The translations under genes were made by a program, and so were the position numbers. From the NCBI GenBank assembly GCA_013239625.1, contig MU053561.1, positions 1,845,818-1,909,817 on the forward strand: a stretch of 64,000 nucleotides of DNA. The letters are read 5' to 3'. The stretch comes from Lama guanicoe. Lineage: Eukaryota. Numbering within the stretch: position 1 is the first letter of the stretch; each line of letters begins with the position of its first letter. Shown in pieces: positions 37,701 through 52,700 of this stretch. A model generated the notes under the pieces. The model was not told where the DNA came from. It worked only from the letters and a program-made list of their open reading frames with translations, and made no database searches.

Positions 37701-40700
37701 TTGTGCTGTTGCCGTATGTGACCTAGATGCTTCAGAGTTGCTTTTCATGCATTTAGGTACCTTGAAAACCTTTTTCACAATAAAAAAAAAGTGGCATTTT
37801 GAAGTTCAAGAAAGTAAATATGAAATAGTAGAAAAAGTGCTGACCTTTCCTGGCAATCTGAGATCTGAGTGCAACTTCAAATTCAGTTCTACTGTTAACT
37901 GGCTGCTAACTCTGAGATTAATTTGACCTTTTGCAGGTCACTTCTGCTCTCTGAGACCTTTCACATTTCTTCCAGTTTTAATATCCTCTTAGCCGAAGCC
38001 AAACTGTAATCTCTATGAGTTGATACATGGGGTGTCAGGGCTAGTTTGATTAGCCAATCATTAAAAAGCCTGGACTTCCCAGAAAAAATTACCTGCTTTC
38101 TTTGTGGTCCAGCATAACATGTACAATACTTACCTGCTTTTCTTCCGAAAAGTTAACTCCTGAGGGACTGGCAGTTTCTGTTGACTAAAGTATTTTCAAT
38201 ACCTCTTGTGTAGCAAGCACTCAGTAAGTCTTTGTTCAGTGAGTGAACACCTGTTGTGGAGAACTACTGTTGCTTTAGGCTTTCTTTGCATTTTTTTTTA
38301 ATAAAGGAAGGTAATAGTATTTAAAAACAGCGTCACTTTAAGTACTTGGTATCTTAGCCAATTATCTGAATAGTCTTCATTTGCTCTTAAAAGATTTTTT
38401 TTAATCATCTAGTATAAACACTTTGCTTTCTCAATAACTCATTTGTGGGGTTTTTTAATCAGTAACACAGAGTAGAGATTCTGCATAGTGTAACAGCCTC
38501 TTTAACTTCTTCCTCATTATGATAAAACACTGTTCTTTAGGAACAGAGAAAGATAAAGCCAGGTTCTATTAATAAATTTAATTTACAGGGGTTTATTATA
38601 ATCATACTATCCTTTATTCCTCTAGTTACAATCGCTGGTTATGCCAAGCACGATCTGAGGACCTATCTGATATTGCTTCTCTAAAAGCCTTATACCAAAC
38701 AGGTGAGTTTAAGGATGTGGTGACTTACTCTTTTACTGATTAAAGACCATGCTTTTAGAAACTTCATTTTTCTCTGATTTTGTCTGTTTTATCTATGAAT
38801 AAAATGTTTTTGTACTAATGAAAGTAGTTTTTACTCAACCATCAAGATCTTAAAAATAACATCAACCTATAAAATTTTCAGCTAATCATTGTACATTGGT
38901 CAGCCTCATTTCTTCTTAATGTCCTTTTTCTTATCGTTTAAAATTTCTTCTACTTTTAAAAATTCTATAATCTTGCTATGCAGAATTCAAACCTTACATA
39001 AATATATCATGGAGACAGTGAAAGTTATCAGATCCCCCCTTTATATTTCTTTTCCAGACAGTACGTGTTAATTTTCAGATTTGAGTTCCTTTTAGTTTTT
39101 CCTGGGCTTATTGAAAGTTGTAGTTAGCTTAAACAAAAAGCTGTTTCTAGAAAGGTCTTTGAACTGCAACCTTACCTTTGGCTGTCCTGATTTAAAACCT
39201 GTAAGAGGCCTCATCTTAAAAGTAAGGACAGTCATCAAAACTTTATGAAGCTCAAAAAAAGTGATGTTTGCCACATAGTAAAAGAAATCTGAAGATGAAA
39301 TTTGATCAACTTATGTTCCTGGTTTGCAATCTTCTACATTTGTTTGGAATATTTTTATAAGGTCAGAGCCCAGGACAAACAATACTCTTGGAATAAAGTT
39401 TCTGGATGCTGATTCCCTTTCCTGTTTGTAGGTGTCGATAACTGTGGTCGCACGGTAATGGTGGTAGTTGGAAGAAACATTCCTGTAACACTAATAGATA
39501 TGGACAAGGTAAGCCATAAGAAGGCTTTGTTTCCTAAATAATGTTGATTTAAGAAAAGAAGTAGGATGTGAATTTGGAACCAGGGCTTAGAATATGAGAT
39601 GAGGCAGAACTGTGTCTGTGATGGAGTGGCAGCTGTGGCTCTGCAAGTTGGCACACATTATTTCAGTAATTTAGGGGCTTGGTTTGCTCCCTGGAAGAAG
39701 CAGAAGTCCTGAAATGCTGGAATGTGATTTCCAGACATGCAGCTGCTTTGTTCTGGAGATGACATAACTGACAAGTTTTTAGTTAGAATCATTCTATATC
39801 ACAACTGTACTAATAATCAAATTCTGCCTTTCTTGGAAAAAGAGATATTAACTCTCGTGTATCTATCTGAAGAGATGAAACCAGAGATATAGTTAACAGG
39901 TGTCATAATTTCTTAATCCCTTCATTTGGAGGTAAAGGACAGACGTAGATGTTTCGTAAAAGAAGAAGTGATACCACTGGTAAATAAAATAAGAAGATGT
40001 TCAACATGATTAATAGTTTTAAAAAAAGCGAATTAAAAGGAGATACCTTTTTTTACCTCAAAATTAGCCGTCACTTTTAAATAGTAATCATTGTCATCAA
40101 AGATGAATTGAAACTGTAAAAGTAGTCACACCCATTGACTCAGTAATTCCGTTCCTGAGAATTTGTACTAAAGGTATTTGTACTAGGTATGGAAATAGCT
40201 GTAGGCCCTGAAACTACCCAAATTGGATCACTTGGGAAGGGGCAGTTGAATGCGCAGGATAAATATGTAGCTCTTTCTAGAGTATCAGTTTTATTAGAAA
40301 CTGATTACAAAGGAGGAGGATCGCTTTAATAAATGTTAGCCATAGGAAAAACAATATGTATTCAAAAGTGTAAAAATTACACACAACTTTAAGATAAAAC
40401 ACTGTTGTCCAAAAGTGGGTAATTGCATCTGGCTAAGCTCTTAGACTCCTGGTCACTGGTGTTTGGGTAAAAAAAAATTGTGAGAGCATTAGACCTGGCA
40501 TGTTATTCACAGGCTTATTTGTTGCAGAAAATTATAACTTAAATTCCTAACAGGTAATTATTGTGCTTCCATAAATGGAATGTTCTGTGACTCTTAGAAA
40601 TCATGGTGATAGAGGCAGATACTATAGAGAAATGTTTATGATGTAATATCAGTAGGCGAGAAAATGATACATTAAATTGTGTGTACACTGACCTTGTGCA

Positions 40701-43700
40701 GGATTGAGGGGCAGAGAGTTAAGCGTTAAAATAAAAACTGGAAGTCAGTATCTCAAAATGGATTTCATGGCTTTAGGGAGAATTTGTTTTCTACATTTTT
40801 CTGTCATGTGGCTATGCTTCTTTATAATGAAAAAGATGTAAGTTAAAGATGAGGAATTTGAAGCTGAAAATAGGCATCTTAATTGCCCTGTGGAGGAGGT
40901 GGAGAGTGGATAGATAGGGGACCAGAAACAGTCTAGTAAGAGCAGAAGTAATCATCAAAATACACACAGACACACAGGAGAAACTCGGCTGATAATCAGT
41001 GTGGCATTCATTATCAGCATTAATAATGTGATTGATACCAATAGAAGCATGAATCTCTGCATTTGATTTTGGTATGTAACTGCATGGTGTTCTGCATGTT
41101 CATCATTTCATATAAAGTAATGAGATACATTGTGAGGTCCAAACCAGGTAACAACTGGGAAGATACTGTGTTCTCTTAGTGCCCCCCCTGTTCTGCTTTG
41201 TTAGCAGATGAATCCTAATCCATGTTCGTTCATTCATATTAATGCCAAGGACTCCCCTGAGGAAGAATTGGGAAATAGCCTGTTTGATAGCTGTTAACCT
41301 CTTAGCTTCCTCTTTGTCATTGTTTATAGCTGCACCATTGGGTCATGCTGGCCCTGCCCATATTGTATCTCTGCTTTGTGTTTAATGTTTCTCTTAAATC
41401 TCTTCTTGTAATGGGATAATCTCTAAGTGATCCGGGTTCCATTAAATTTGAGTCAGAGCCCTAGAAGTGCTGTCCAGTCCATCCCCATCTACTCACCAAA
41501 CCTGTTCGCATTTTCCTCATTCAGCTCAACATAAAAGATGCTAAGAATATTAGCCCTCAAAGTGAGCCATCACTTATAGTGTCCTTTTATAGAAATTCTT
41601 GGTTACATGACAGCCATGAGTCCATGCCTCAGTAGAAATTGCAAAGACTTCCACTGACTTAAAGCAGAATTTTCAAGAGTGATTAAGAGTCTAGAAATTC
41701 TACTTCTAATGATTTTGTTGTCATTATCCTAGAGAGGGAGAACCTCGTAGTTGACTGAAGCACTCTTTTGAGTATATGAAGAGTCGTTTGAGAGGATGGA
41801 GACTGGTTGTTCTCCACACTTAGAACCAGACACAAAGGGATCATACTCTAGTGTTCCGAGAGCAGCTAAACACCGGAGTGATTCACTTGCCTGAAGGTCT
41901 TTTGAAAGAGATACTCATTAGTCTGAGATGTCTGTCTGCAATGCCTGGGGCAGAGATTAGATTAACCGTCTGGGTTTTTCTCTCTTGGCCTCTGTGAAAT
42001 ACAGATTATTGTGCAAAATGGTCTTTACCTTTATTCATTCTTTTTTCTTTTAGGCTCTCTTATATTTTATCCATGTAATGGATCACATTGCTGTGAAGGA
42101 GTATGTATTAGTGTATTTTCACACACTGACCAGCGAATACAATCACCTGGACTCTGACTTCCTGAAGAAACTCTACGATGTTGTTGATGTCAAGTTAGTT
42201 ATTTTCACAAATTATGAAGGGGGAAAACAGCTTCTTTCTTTCCTAATATGAAACAGTAGCAGACATTGCTGTGTATTTTGTGAAAGGATATTTCATGTAA
42301 CAAAGATTTTTATCATACATAGATTGGGTATTTTAATAATAGAAGGCCTTTCTTCACTCCACCTTATTTTGTATCAAAGTAAATTCATATGTTTCCCTGC
42401 TTTTGAACACCTAGAAAAAGAATCACTTGTTCATAATGGTGACTGGTTTTAGGCATGGCTTATACTGACCCTTTTTTAAAATTTTGAATCAGGTACAAGA
42501 GGAATTTGAAGGCTGTTTATTTTGTTCATCCAACGTTTCGTTCAAAGGTACGGTATTTTTCTCTTTAGTTAAATCTTGAATTTAAGTGTACTGCATACTT
42601 GCATATTAAGATATATTTCATCATCTCAGTTCTTGCTGTCGTCATTGTGACTGCTAATTTCTGTTTACCCTTCCTTTTTAAGTGCTCTCAAGTCATGGTC
42701 CTAATGTTTTGGTCCCATGTAACTCCAGTATCTTTGCAGGCAACTCTCATAAGCCTTTGGCCCCTCAGTCCTTGCCTCTTTGTGCTCTTTGTTCATCTGG
42801 GCATTTTTCTGCCCTTGCTCATGGTGAACTCCAGTTTTTCCATAGCCAGTGTTTTCCAAGCACTTACTGTGCCAGTTCTTCCCTTGCATTATTTTGTTTA
42901 AGCCTTATGATGTGTTTATGAAGTAGATAGTACTATTATTCCCATTTTATAGCAAGGAAATTGATGCTTAGAGAGATTAAATAGCTTCTGCAAGGTAAGC
43001 AGCTAGTAAGTAACAAAGGCTGCATTTAAATCTAGGCATTTTAATTCCCGAGCCTACAGTCCTGTCTACACGGTGTATTTTCCGTTTCCCAGAGACTTCT
43101 CTTCAGCAAGCACTACGCTCTTTCTTATCTCCCATTTTTCTGGACCTAACTCATCAACTTTTAAACTTGCTAAAGCTTCTACGTATCTCTCTTCTCCTTT
43201 ACAACCAGAATTTTTTAGTGAAATCTCTGTTCTCTGCCCACCATCTCCATTTTGCATACACCTAAAATTGCTCCAGTCTGGTTCCGATCCCAGTATGGCA
43301 ACTGAAGCTGCTCACCCTCCGACTGCTGAGCATCTCTAGTTCCCCTAAGCCTTACACACAGTTGTCACTTCTTCTTGAAACGCTTTGCCTTGGCTTCTTT
43401 GAGATTTACCTGTTGCCTGGTTTTTCTTCTGCTTCTAGCTAGGCCCTCCCCATCTCCTTTGCAGTTCCCCCTTTCTCTGCTCATCCTTTGAGTGTTACTG
43501 TTCCCAAATCCTCTGCCCACTTCTTTCGTTCTGTGCTTTTCCATTCCTGTGTTTTCAACAACACTCCCAAATATATGTCTGGAGAGGCAGTAACGTTTAA
43601 TGTTTGAAAACACAGGTTTGAGATTCAGTTGACGTATGTTCTAATCCCAGCTCTACCAGTTAACAAATCGTTATTTCATGCAGGTTATGTAGCCTCTCTG

Positions 43701-46700
43701 CGCTTTAGTTTCATCTTCTATAATACGAGGATAATGATAGTACCCACCTTGTAGGGTTGTTGGAAGGATGAAGTTAGTGGAAACGTGTAAAATGCTTAAA
43801 ACCTTCCCAGACATGCGATAAATACTCAGTAAGTGCCAGCTGTCATTATCATCATTCCTGTGCTCAGACCTGCGTGTCGGACTGCTGATCAGACATCTCT
43901 GCTTACGTGTCTTACAGGCCCCTGAATTTCAGCATTTTAAAAACAGAACCACTCATGCCCTCCTCCCCCACTCACTCCCAAACAGCTTTTTGTATTCCCT
44001 GTCTTAGTAAATGAGACCACTGCTGCCCCAGGTCCTAAACCAGAAACCAAGGAGGCCTCCTTGGGTACTAGCCCTGCCCCACCTCTCACCACAGTGCATC
44101 AGTTCTGTGTGCTCACCATTGTCCAGCTCTGCGCCTGTGTCTTTAGTCCCTCTGCCTCTACTTCAGTTCATGCTGCCATCATCTTTTACCTGAAAGGAGA
44201 CGGCAACCTCCTGATCAATATTCATGTTGTCCTGCCTCCGGTATAGCGCAGTTCCAAGTGCCTTCAAGCCCGCCTGGTGACATTTTCTTATAATGTTAGT
44301 ATAAGGAGCCTACAATATTTATTCTTTACTATAGGGCCCTTTGCAGAAGTTTTCCAATCCTGGTCTAGGCCAAAAAAAAAGAAAGAAAGAAAAAAGTGTC
44401 TGAATGTATCAGTGGAATTTGGAGAAAAGATGAGTTACTTGGGTGTAAAAACCCAGGATTTAGTGATTTATTAGATGAGTAAGGGTGAAAGAAAGGACTG
44501 TTTCATCCATGACTCCCACATGTCATTAGATCATGGATTGGGATATAAATTTAAGAGTCATCATGAAGTAAATAGAGTTTTAACTTTTCAAATGTGTTAA
44601 TGAGTAAAACCACAGACTTAGACCAAAGAGGACACTAATGACAGAGACCTAGGATCAGGGAAGGAGGCCAAGAAGAAATAATCTAAAAGGCAGCAGGAGA
44701 ACCAAGAGTGACTAATGCTGTGGAAGCCAGTGGATAGGAAAAGCATCAAAGATGGTAGAAATAGTTATTATTTTAAGCATTGTGGAGAAATTAAGTAAGA
44801 TGAGTAGTGGAAAATCCTCATTGTATTTCAAAACTAAGAGATGAGTAAAGACTTCAGTGAGAATGTTTTCCACTTTGGGATTTGTCAGTTTACAAAATTG
44901 TTTCTCATGAAATACAATCTTTAAAATTTGCATGAAGTATTTTAAGTAATTCTTTCAGAAGTTGCAAATTTCCTTTTGGTCCTTCAGCGTTAGAACAGCA
45001 CAGTAAGTGCTGTGCTTATGGAAACACTGCTTAGCCAGGCTTAAAAAAAAAAAAAGAAAAAAGAGGTAAAATGTGTGAACAGTCAATTAAATGACTTTAA
45101 CTGGCTTTCCTCTTCTTTCAATTGAGTTCTGATTACATGGTCTTATCAGATAATATTATTAACTTTTCCACTATTTTGTTATGCTCAGCAGGTGGCTAAT
45201 TTTTTTCTTTCCGTAGCATTTAAGAAGTAGTTTTTGACTGTTTCCCAAAATCTCATCATTCATTTATTTTTTTGTTCATCCAGTAGTTGCTGAAATTCTT
45301 TCTTCTTTAATGGAGACAAACAGAAGGATTGGCTTTGTCTTTAATATGTCTGTGCAAGAAGCTCTGCTGTCCGCACTTGTATTCAGTATCATACTGGAGG
45401 TTGTAGCCAGGTAATACGGCAAGAAAAAAAAACAAAATGTATCTAGAATTAGAGAGGAGTAAATAAAACTGTCTTGATGACAGATGACATGATCATCTAT
45501 GTAGAAAACCTTATGGTATCCTCACTTTTGTCAGGGTCCCAGGGTTTAAGATCAGTATTCAAAAATCAATTATTACATATTAGCAAGAAGCAGTCAAATT
45601 GAAAATTAAAAAGCAATGTAATTTACATTAGCATCAAGAAATATTAAGTACTCATGGATAAATATGGCAAAAGATATGAAAGACTTGTACACTGTACAAG
45701 TTATGTTATTGTAAAACATTGATGAGAGAAATTAAAGAGGCCTAAATAAATGAAGACATATACTGCATTTTTGGATTAGAAGACTTAATATTGTTAAATT
45801 GTCAGTTTTTGCTAAATCTATAGGTTCAATCCCAACCAAAATTTCAGCAAGCATTTTTTTTTTTTGTGGAAATTGACCAGTCAAAATTCAAAGAATCTAA
45901 AATAGCCAAAACAACTCTGGAAAAGAAGAATAAAGTTGGAGGACCAACACTACCTGCTTTCAAAGCTTATTCCAAAGTTGCAGTACTTGAGACAGTGAGG
46001 CACTGGCATGAAGATAGACAAATAGATCAATGGAGTAGAATTAAGAATCCAGAAATAGACTCATGTAAATATGGATAACTGATTTTTAACAAAAGCACAA
46101 AGTCAGATCAGTGGGAAAAGGTTAGTCTGTTCAACAAGTGGTACTGGAACAATTGGATCTCCATATGCAAAAAAAAAAAAAAAAGAACTTGATCCATATC
46201 TTGCATCTCATACAAAATTAACTAAAAATGGATTAAAGACCTAAATGTAAAACATGAAACTGTTAAAGGTGTAGAGGAAAGTGTAGGAGAAAAAGCTTTG
46301 TGTGACCATGAGGAAAGCAAAAGATTTCTTAGATATAAGACCAAAAGCACAATCCATTAAAGAAATTAAACTTTATTAAAATGAAAAACTTCTTCTCTTT
46401 TAACATAGTTAATAGAATAAAAAGATAAACCACAGCCTGAGAGAAAATCTTTGTAAATAAAACATTTACCTCGTATGTAAAGGAAATCTCAAAACTCAGT
46501 AATAAGGAAACAACTCAATTTAGATTTAGGCAAAAGATTTGTACAGAACACTTCACCAAAGAAGATATGGAGATGGCAAATAAGCACATGGGAACATGTG
46601 CATCACAATTGGTTATTAGGAAAGTACAAATGAAACTGAAATGAGATATCATTGCATTTCTATTAGAATGGCTAAAATTTAAAAGACTGACCATACCAAG

Positions 46701-49700
46701 TGTTGGTGAGAATGTGGAAGAACTGCAGCTCCCTATACAAGGGCTGATCAGAGGGTGAAATGTTGCAGAAAGTTTGGAACACAATTTAACAGTTTATTTA
46801 AGAGTTAAACATACACCTACTATGTGGTCCAGCCATTCCACTCCTGTGTACTTACCCAAGACAAATGAAAACGTATTCATACAGCGACCTGTACACAAAT
46901 ACTCATAGCAGCTTTATTTATTAAGCCAAAAGCTGGAAACAACTTGTGTGCTCCTCACTGGGAGGATCGGTTACCCAAACTGGCATATCCCTACAATACC
47001 ACTCAGCAATAAAAAAAAAAAAGAATGAACTATTGATACATGCAGCAACGTGAGTGGTTGTATTATGCTGAGTAAAAGACATATATACGTGTGTATCAGA
47101 CAAGTGTACATGCCGTATGATTCCCTTCATAGTAAAATTCTAGGGAATACAAACTACAGTTTTTTCCAGAAAGTAGAGCAGTGGTTACCAGTGGACAGGG
47201 AGGAGGGCCAGGAGGGAGGAATTACAAAGGACCCTGAGAATCTTTGGGAGTGATTGTTATGTTCATTTTCTTGATTGTGATGATGATATTGTGGATGTAC
47301 GCATATATCGGAACTTGAACAAATTTTATACTTAAAATATGGTTAATTTATTGTAAGTCAGTTATATCTTAATAAAATCATTCCTTTTTTTTTTTTTAAA
47401 CTGCAATGAGATATCACTACACTGCCACCAGAATGGCTGAAGTTTAAAAGACTGATAGTGCCAAATACTACCAGTGATGTGAGGCAACTGGAATTCTCCT
47501 ACATTATAAGTTGGAATGTGAATTTGTGCAACCACTTTGAAAAAAATTATGATAATTTCTCTGGGGAGAAGGGCCTGAGGGAACTTTCTGGAGTGATGAA
47601 AATATTTTTTTTATCTTTATAGAAATTTTGCTTATACAGGTGTGTACATTTGTCTGAACAGCAAAAGTACACTTAAAACTGAGAATTTCATCAAATGTAA
47701 ATTTTATAGCAAAGAAACTGAACAAACATTTAACTCTGGTTAGACATATGAATGCTGTATTTAGGGCAAGTTCACTGATGTCTGCAATTTACTTTGAAAT
47801 GCAGCAAAAAAATAAGATGAATTGATAGATGGGTAGAGAGATGATATGTGATGAACAGAAATAAGGATAATGTTAATAATTGTCTGAGTGGTTGCTATAC
47901 CAGTGTTCCCTGTAAAATTCTTTGAACTTTAGTGAATGTTTGAACCTTTTCATAATTTTGTAGTGGAAAAATGCTTTTACAAATTCAGATTTATCCAAAG
48001 AGTGTTCCTTGGTCCCAGACTAATGAGAATACATAACCACTGTTTGCTCAGATCCGACTTTAACCCCTCCTTCTCTGCACTAGAGAGTCAGCAAATAACT
48101 GTCCCCCCGTAACATCAATGGATGGACATTACCGCATAGATTTCAGTGTTAGAACCACGAGCCTTGTCTGTGACACCCGCTGGGATTGCTTCAGAGAGGA
48201 GTCAGTGCAAATGGCAGGTCGTACGGAGGCTGAAGGCCAGATGTATGATGTGAAAGCCATTATGTTACCTCTTCATAATATTTTGGGATGGGTAAAATGA
48301 GGGAGGGTTGAGAAAGTAAAACCCATGTGTCATGAAATCCACCATTATTTTATCCTAAGTCAGAAACTATAAATGGAGTGTTCGTAATTATAAAAGAATG
48401 AGATGAAACCAAAAGATAGTAAAACAATCCAACTCCCACTCTTCTGATTTCCATCCTTTTCAGATCTTTTCCAGGCCACTCCACCCAAAGTGATAATGAA
48501 TTGACTACTCAGATAAATCAGTACTCTCTTTCTACTTTGAAGTTTACTAATAGAATGTGAACTAATAGTATTTAAACCAACTTTTGGTTCTGGCTCTAGA
48601 TTACTGGAGTTGCACACATGTGTGAGCAATCTTTTCCTAGTTTATGTTGTTTTGTGACCCCATGTTCTTGGCTTTGCATTTGTGAATAATTGGATAAAAG
48701 AATTTCTAGCATTCACAAAATAGCATAGCAGTCTTTTTTCAAATTTTTTATTTTCAGTTTTTTTAAATAGTAGATAATGAGTAATACAAGTTTATCTGAA
48801 CAAAAGGTTTATGATAGGTTTTAAGTAAATAATTGAAAATTAAAAGCTGAGCTATATAAAGCTAAAATGAAAAAGTTGAAGACAATGCTCATGGGTCTCT
48901 CTGATCAGAAAACTTTTAACCAGGTTTCCACTTCTGTCTGCTTTGAGTGATTTTCTCTTTGCTAATGCCTGAAGTTAAAGGAAATATTGGGAAAAAATAC
49001 GACAGAGAAATCTTTGTCTTTCAAAGATTGTTTGCCTAAGGTCACTGCCCATTCTTCCCCAACCCAGCCTTCTCTCATTTTACCACCACCACCTCACCAG
49101 TTTACCACCACCACCTCACCATGTCAGAATGTGCAGCATAGTCAAGAGGCCTTTCATAGAATCATATAACGAAGGGGGACTTTAAAACTCGTTTAAGTCT
49201 GACTTGCTCGTTATATAGATGGAGAGACCTAGGCCTAGATTGAAGTTCAATTTATTTCTCTTGTAGAATGAAGGAATATTAGACCATCCCTAAACAGTAT
49301 TAAAGTAGTAAGTCCAGAAACTATTTGCTACTTCTTTCAACGCATACTGAATTCCTTGCTTTTCATGCTGGGTATTAATTAGACCCTGTGAAAATGGTAT
49401 TGAAGAAGGCAGTCTCCACACAGGGGAATGCAGTCTGCTTAGAGCACTGACTGCTCCCTCACAGGATGTTAGCTATGCAGCAATACGAGTAACCTCAGTC
49501 TGGTTGGAACAGTTACAGGGAAGCTGCTTCTCCAGCCTGGGGTGGAGGGTGGTCAGTGAAAGCTTCCTCATGGAGGTGAATTCTGCCCTGAGCTCTGAAG
49601 GATGGTTCTTAGCCAGGCAAACAATTGAGGAAGAGGGTTTCAGGACTGAAAGAGCACAATGTCAAAAGGTCCTGAGGTAAGGTATAGTGGAATACAAATT

Positions 49701-52700
49701 CCCTGCGTGGTCCGGTCCGCCCCTTCCTTTTACACCTTTTCCAGATTAGCACAGCTCCTTGCCTATGACAGGCGTTCACACGTTTCTTTGGGCCATTCAC
49801 TGCACTTAGTAATTCCTGCCTTGAGAAGTTGTCATTATGCTTATACACTGCTCCTTTACTAGAATCTAAGCCCCCATCAGGAATGGTCACATCACTGTTA
49901 CCCTGCGTCGCCTACAACTGTACACACTGCTGTAGATTACCAGTAGATGTGTAACTCCCTGCACAAATGCATCTCCCAGCATCCTCGAGGCTCTTCTCTG
50001 TTCTGCCTCTTCAGTTTGACTTTCTTTAACTCTTCCTAGAACCTCTGCAATCTCCGTGGTCTCTCTATAGCTCTTACTAGTTTACCAGCTGCCTCTTAGC
50101 TGCCTGTAGAGCTCCTCATCTGGAAGTCTTATTAATCCAGTTTGTAGAAGTTGTGTCACTTACGAATATAGCAGCATGTGTTTTAAAGAAAAAAAACTGA
50201 TATGAAAACCTGGTTTTGGGGTATGTGATTAAGTGACTATCTAATTTGATTTAAATTAACTCACTTGGTTTTAGCAAGGCTTCTTCCTGCCCCCACCTCC
50301 CGCCAAATAAACTTGTTAAATGAGATGGTATAGACAGTAATGTTAATATTGGAGACTTTATACCAGTCATTAGTATAGCCAGAATAGAATAATGACCGAG
50401 GCCATAACAGTCACTATGGAATAGGTCTTATATTCTTCATTCACTCTCATTCTTTATCAAATACTTAGGTTCTGTCTGTACTGTATAAAACTTCAGGCTA
50501 TTCTATGATGGTCTGCCAAGTATTCGGGAAATTATTGAAGTGAATGTAAGAACCTACACATATTCCTATGAAGTAGGAGTAGGTGCTGTATGTGAGATTT
50601 AAACACAAGGTGATGCGAATTCAATAGAGGCGATAATCTGTTTGGAGCTGTAAGGGAGAAATAATGGTGGAGATAGTCTCTACCGAGTCTGGAAGTTTGA
50701 ATAAGATTCTGACAGAGATAAGTTAGTGCAGTGTTCTCTTTGTTACTGCACGCCTTTTCTCATAAGTAGGTATGAAGAAGGGACCTAGAATATGTAAAAG
50801 TTCTGGAACAACCACTAAAAAATGTGATAGATTGTCAAAGAGAAATTAACACAGTGATTAACATCCGTGACAATGCCCAAAGTGGCATGTACTGTATTTG
50901 CATAATGTAATCAGTTGTCTATGCCAGTGCGCTGAGAATTCATACGCACATGTTACCTTCTTCTGTAAGTAACATGGGGATAGCGATAAGACTGTGCCTG
51001 CCTCCTAGAACTGTTACATCAGCCGTTGGTAAACGTGACTAGTTATGAATGTCAGTTTGGATAGATGATAAAATAATTTGTAAGTTCAGGCTATTACTTA
51101 GTTGATGCCAGTATTATTTGCTATCAAGAATTCTTTCTTTTTTTGGAACCAACAAATTTTACAGACCACCTTTTATAGAGGGATTGCATGTGGTGAAGTG
51201 AAACAAACAGAGGTGGCTCCACGTCCACAGAAGATTCATTTTGTGACGGGCTGCATGCCAAGTGTCAGCTGAAAAATAAATGTCCCAAATGTTGGCAGAA
51301 ATTTTCAAGCTCATTTGAAAACATGCAAAGAGTTTGTGAGATTTGGCGATGCTAACCATTTTCAGAGTACCAGTGAATCAATTATTCCATCAAATGATGC
51401 GGTGGTTTTAACCACGGACCTCGCTAAGAAGCGTGTCATGCTGCATCGCAGCACACCACGTGTGTGGGAGCACATAGACATTTAGCAGAAACGGACGCTT
51501 GGTGAACAGAGCTCATTCTTAGTCCATCCCCTAGTAATTGTTGCTCTAGCATGTTTCTTTTTGTTGTTCTTAGTGCTGTTCAGAATCCACTAAACTGATG
51601 GCATCAGTCACTGATGCACCTCAGCCTACACTGCTTATTACAAGTTTTCTTTTGTTGTCAGTTTCAATTTTGAAATCATTTTAATCATCTAACATAAATT
51701 TCAAAATTGTGTTTGTATTCTGGCGACTGGCTTAAATTGTTTTTTTCCTTCTATTAATCAGGTATCAACATGGTTTTTTACCACCTTTTCTGTCTCAGGA
51801 CTGAAGGACAAAATCCACCATGTGGACAGCCTCCACCAGCTCTTTTCTGCCATCTCACCAGAACAGATCGACTTCCCTCCTTTTGTCCTTGAATATGATG
51901 CCAGGGTAAGAAGTACCAGGAATTTTCCCTCACCTGGTGTAGTATCTTAACTATCTCATTAGAGCAATGCTTATGAGCACAACATCTTTATTATAAGAGG
52001 ATATTAATGCAATTAATGTGTTTTATTTAACATGATAGTATCATTTAACATTCTTTTCCTATAGTAACTTTAGGAAAATGCTTGGTCCTAAGAGAGGACT
52101 TTTCCCCAGTAAACATTTCAGTGGGAGATTTTTCTGCTGTGGGTTTAAAGCCAATCCTTGCTTGTGTTGTCAGTTTTCTGCCACCTTTGAGATATACTTC
52201 TGCCTAATTTTAAGACTGAATGGCTTTTCACCTGTATAAATAGAGCCAGAAGAATCTGTTGGTGTCTGACATTTTCAGCATTAAATGTAAACCAGGTAGC
52301 CTGTCTTAGTCTTTACTCTAGTAAAAATTTCATTTTGCTAAAAGCTTGTATAATGGTTTTAAGAGCATCAACCAATAATATTAACAGTATTACTTATAGA
52401 TGCATTTATGAATCTTTTAAACTAGCAAAGGGCTACTCTTGATTTCCATCAAAGCTCTTCCCATGCTATTTATTCACATTATCAGTTTAGTGATACAAAA
52501 ACAAAAACAAAAAAGTAAGAAACATGTTTGGCTGAAAGATTGTCGGTCTCCTTATTTAATTGTTGCTGATTACATATCCTCATGCATGAATCAGAATATA
52601 TCTGAAGGTTATATTAAGCTTGAAATGAATTATTCTCTATTGATTGTACAATGTATATACAGTAAATGTCCTACAAGACGTTTTCTCTCTAACATTTCTC

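Noticed and set aside
21850..39508. Three 77-nt exons (6, 9, 10) as exon duplication
   Set aside because: The peptides are unrelated and the intron phases differ.
40989..41019. Hairpin gctgataat...attatcagc containing CAGTGT as an iron-responsive element
   Set aside because: No bulged C or 5-bp upper stem around the loop, and it is intronic.
41177..41196. Second CTCF-like site on the minus strand
   Set aside because: Only the GGGGGCACTA half matches; the CCASYAG half is absent.
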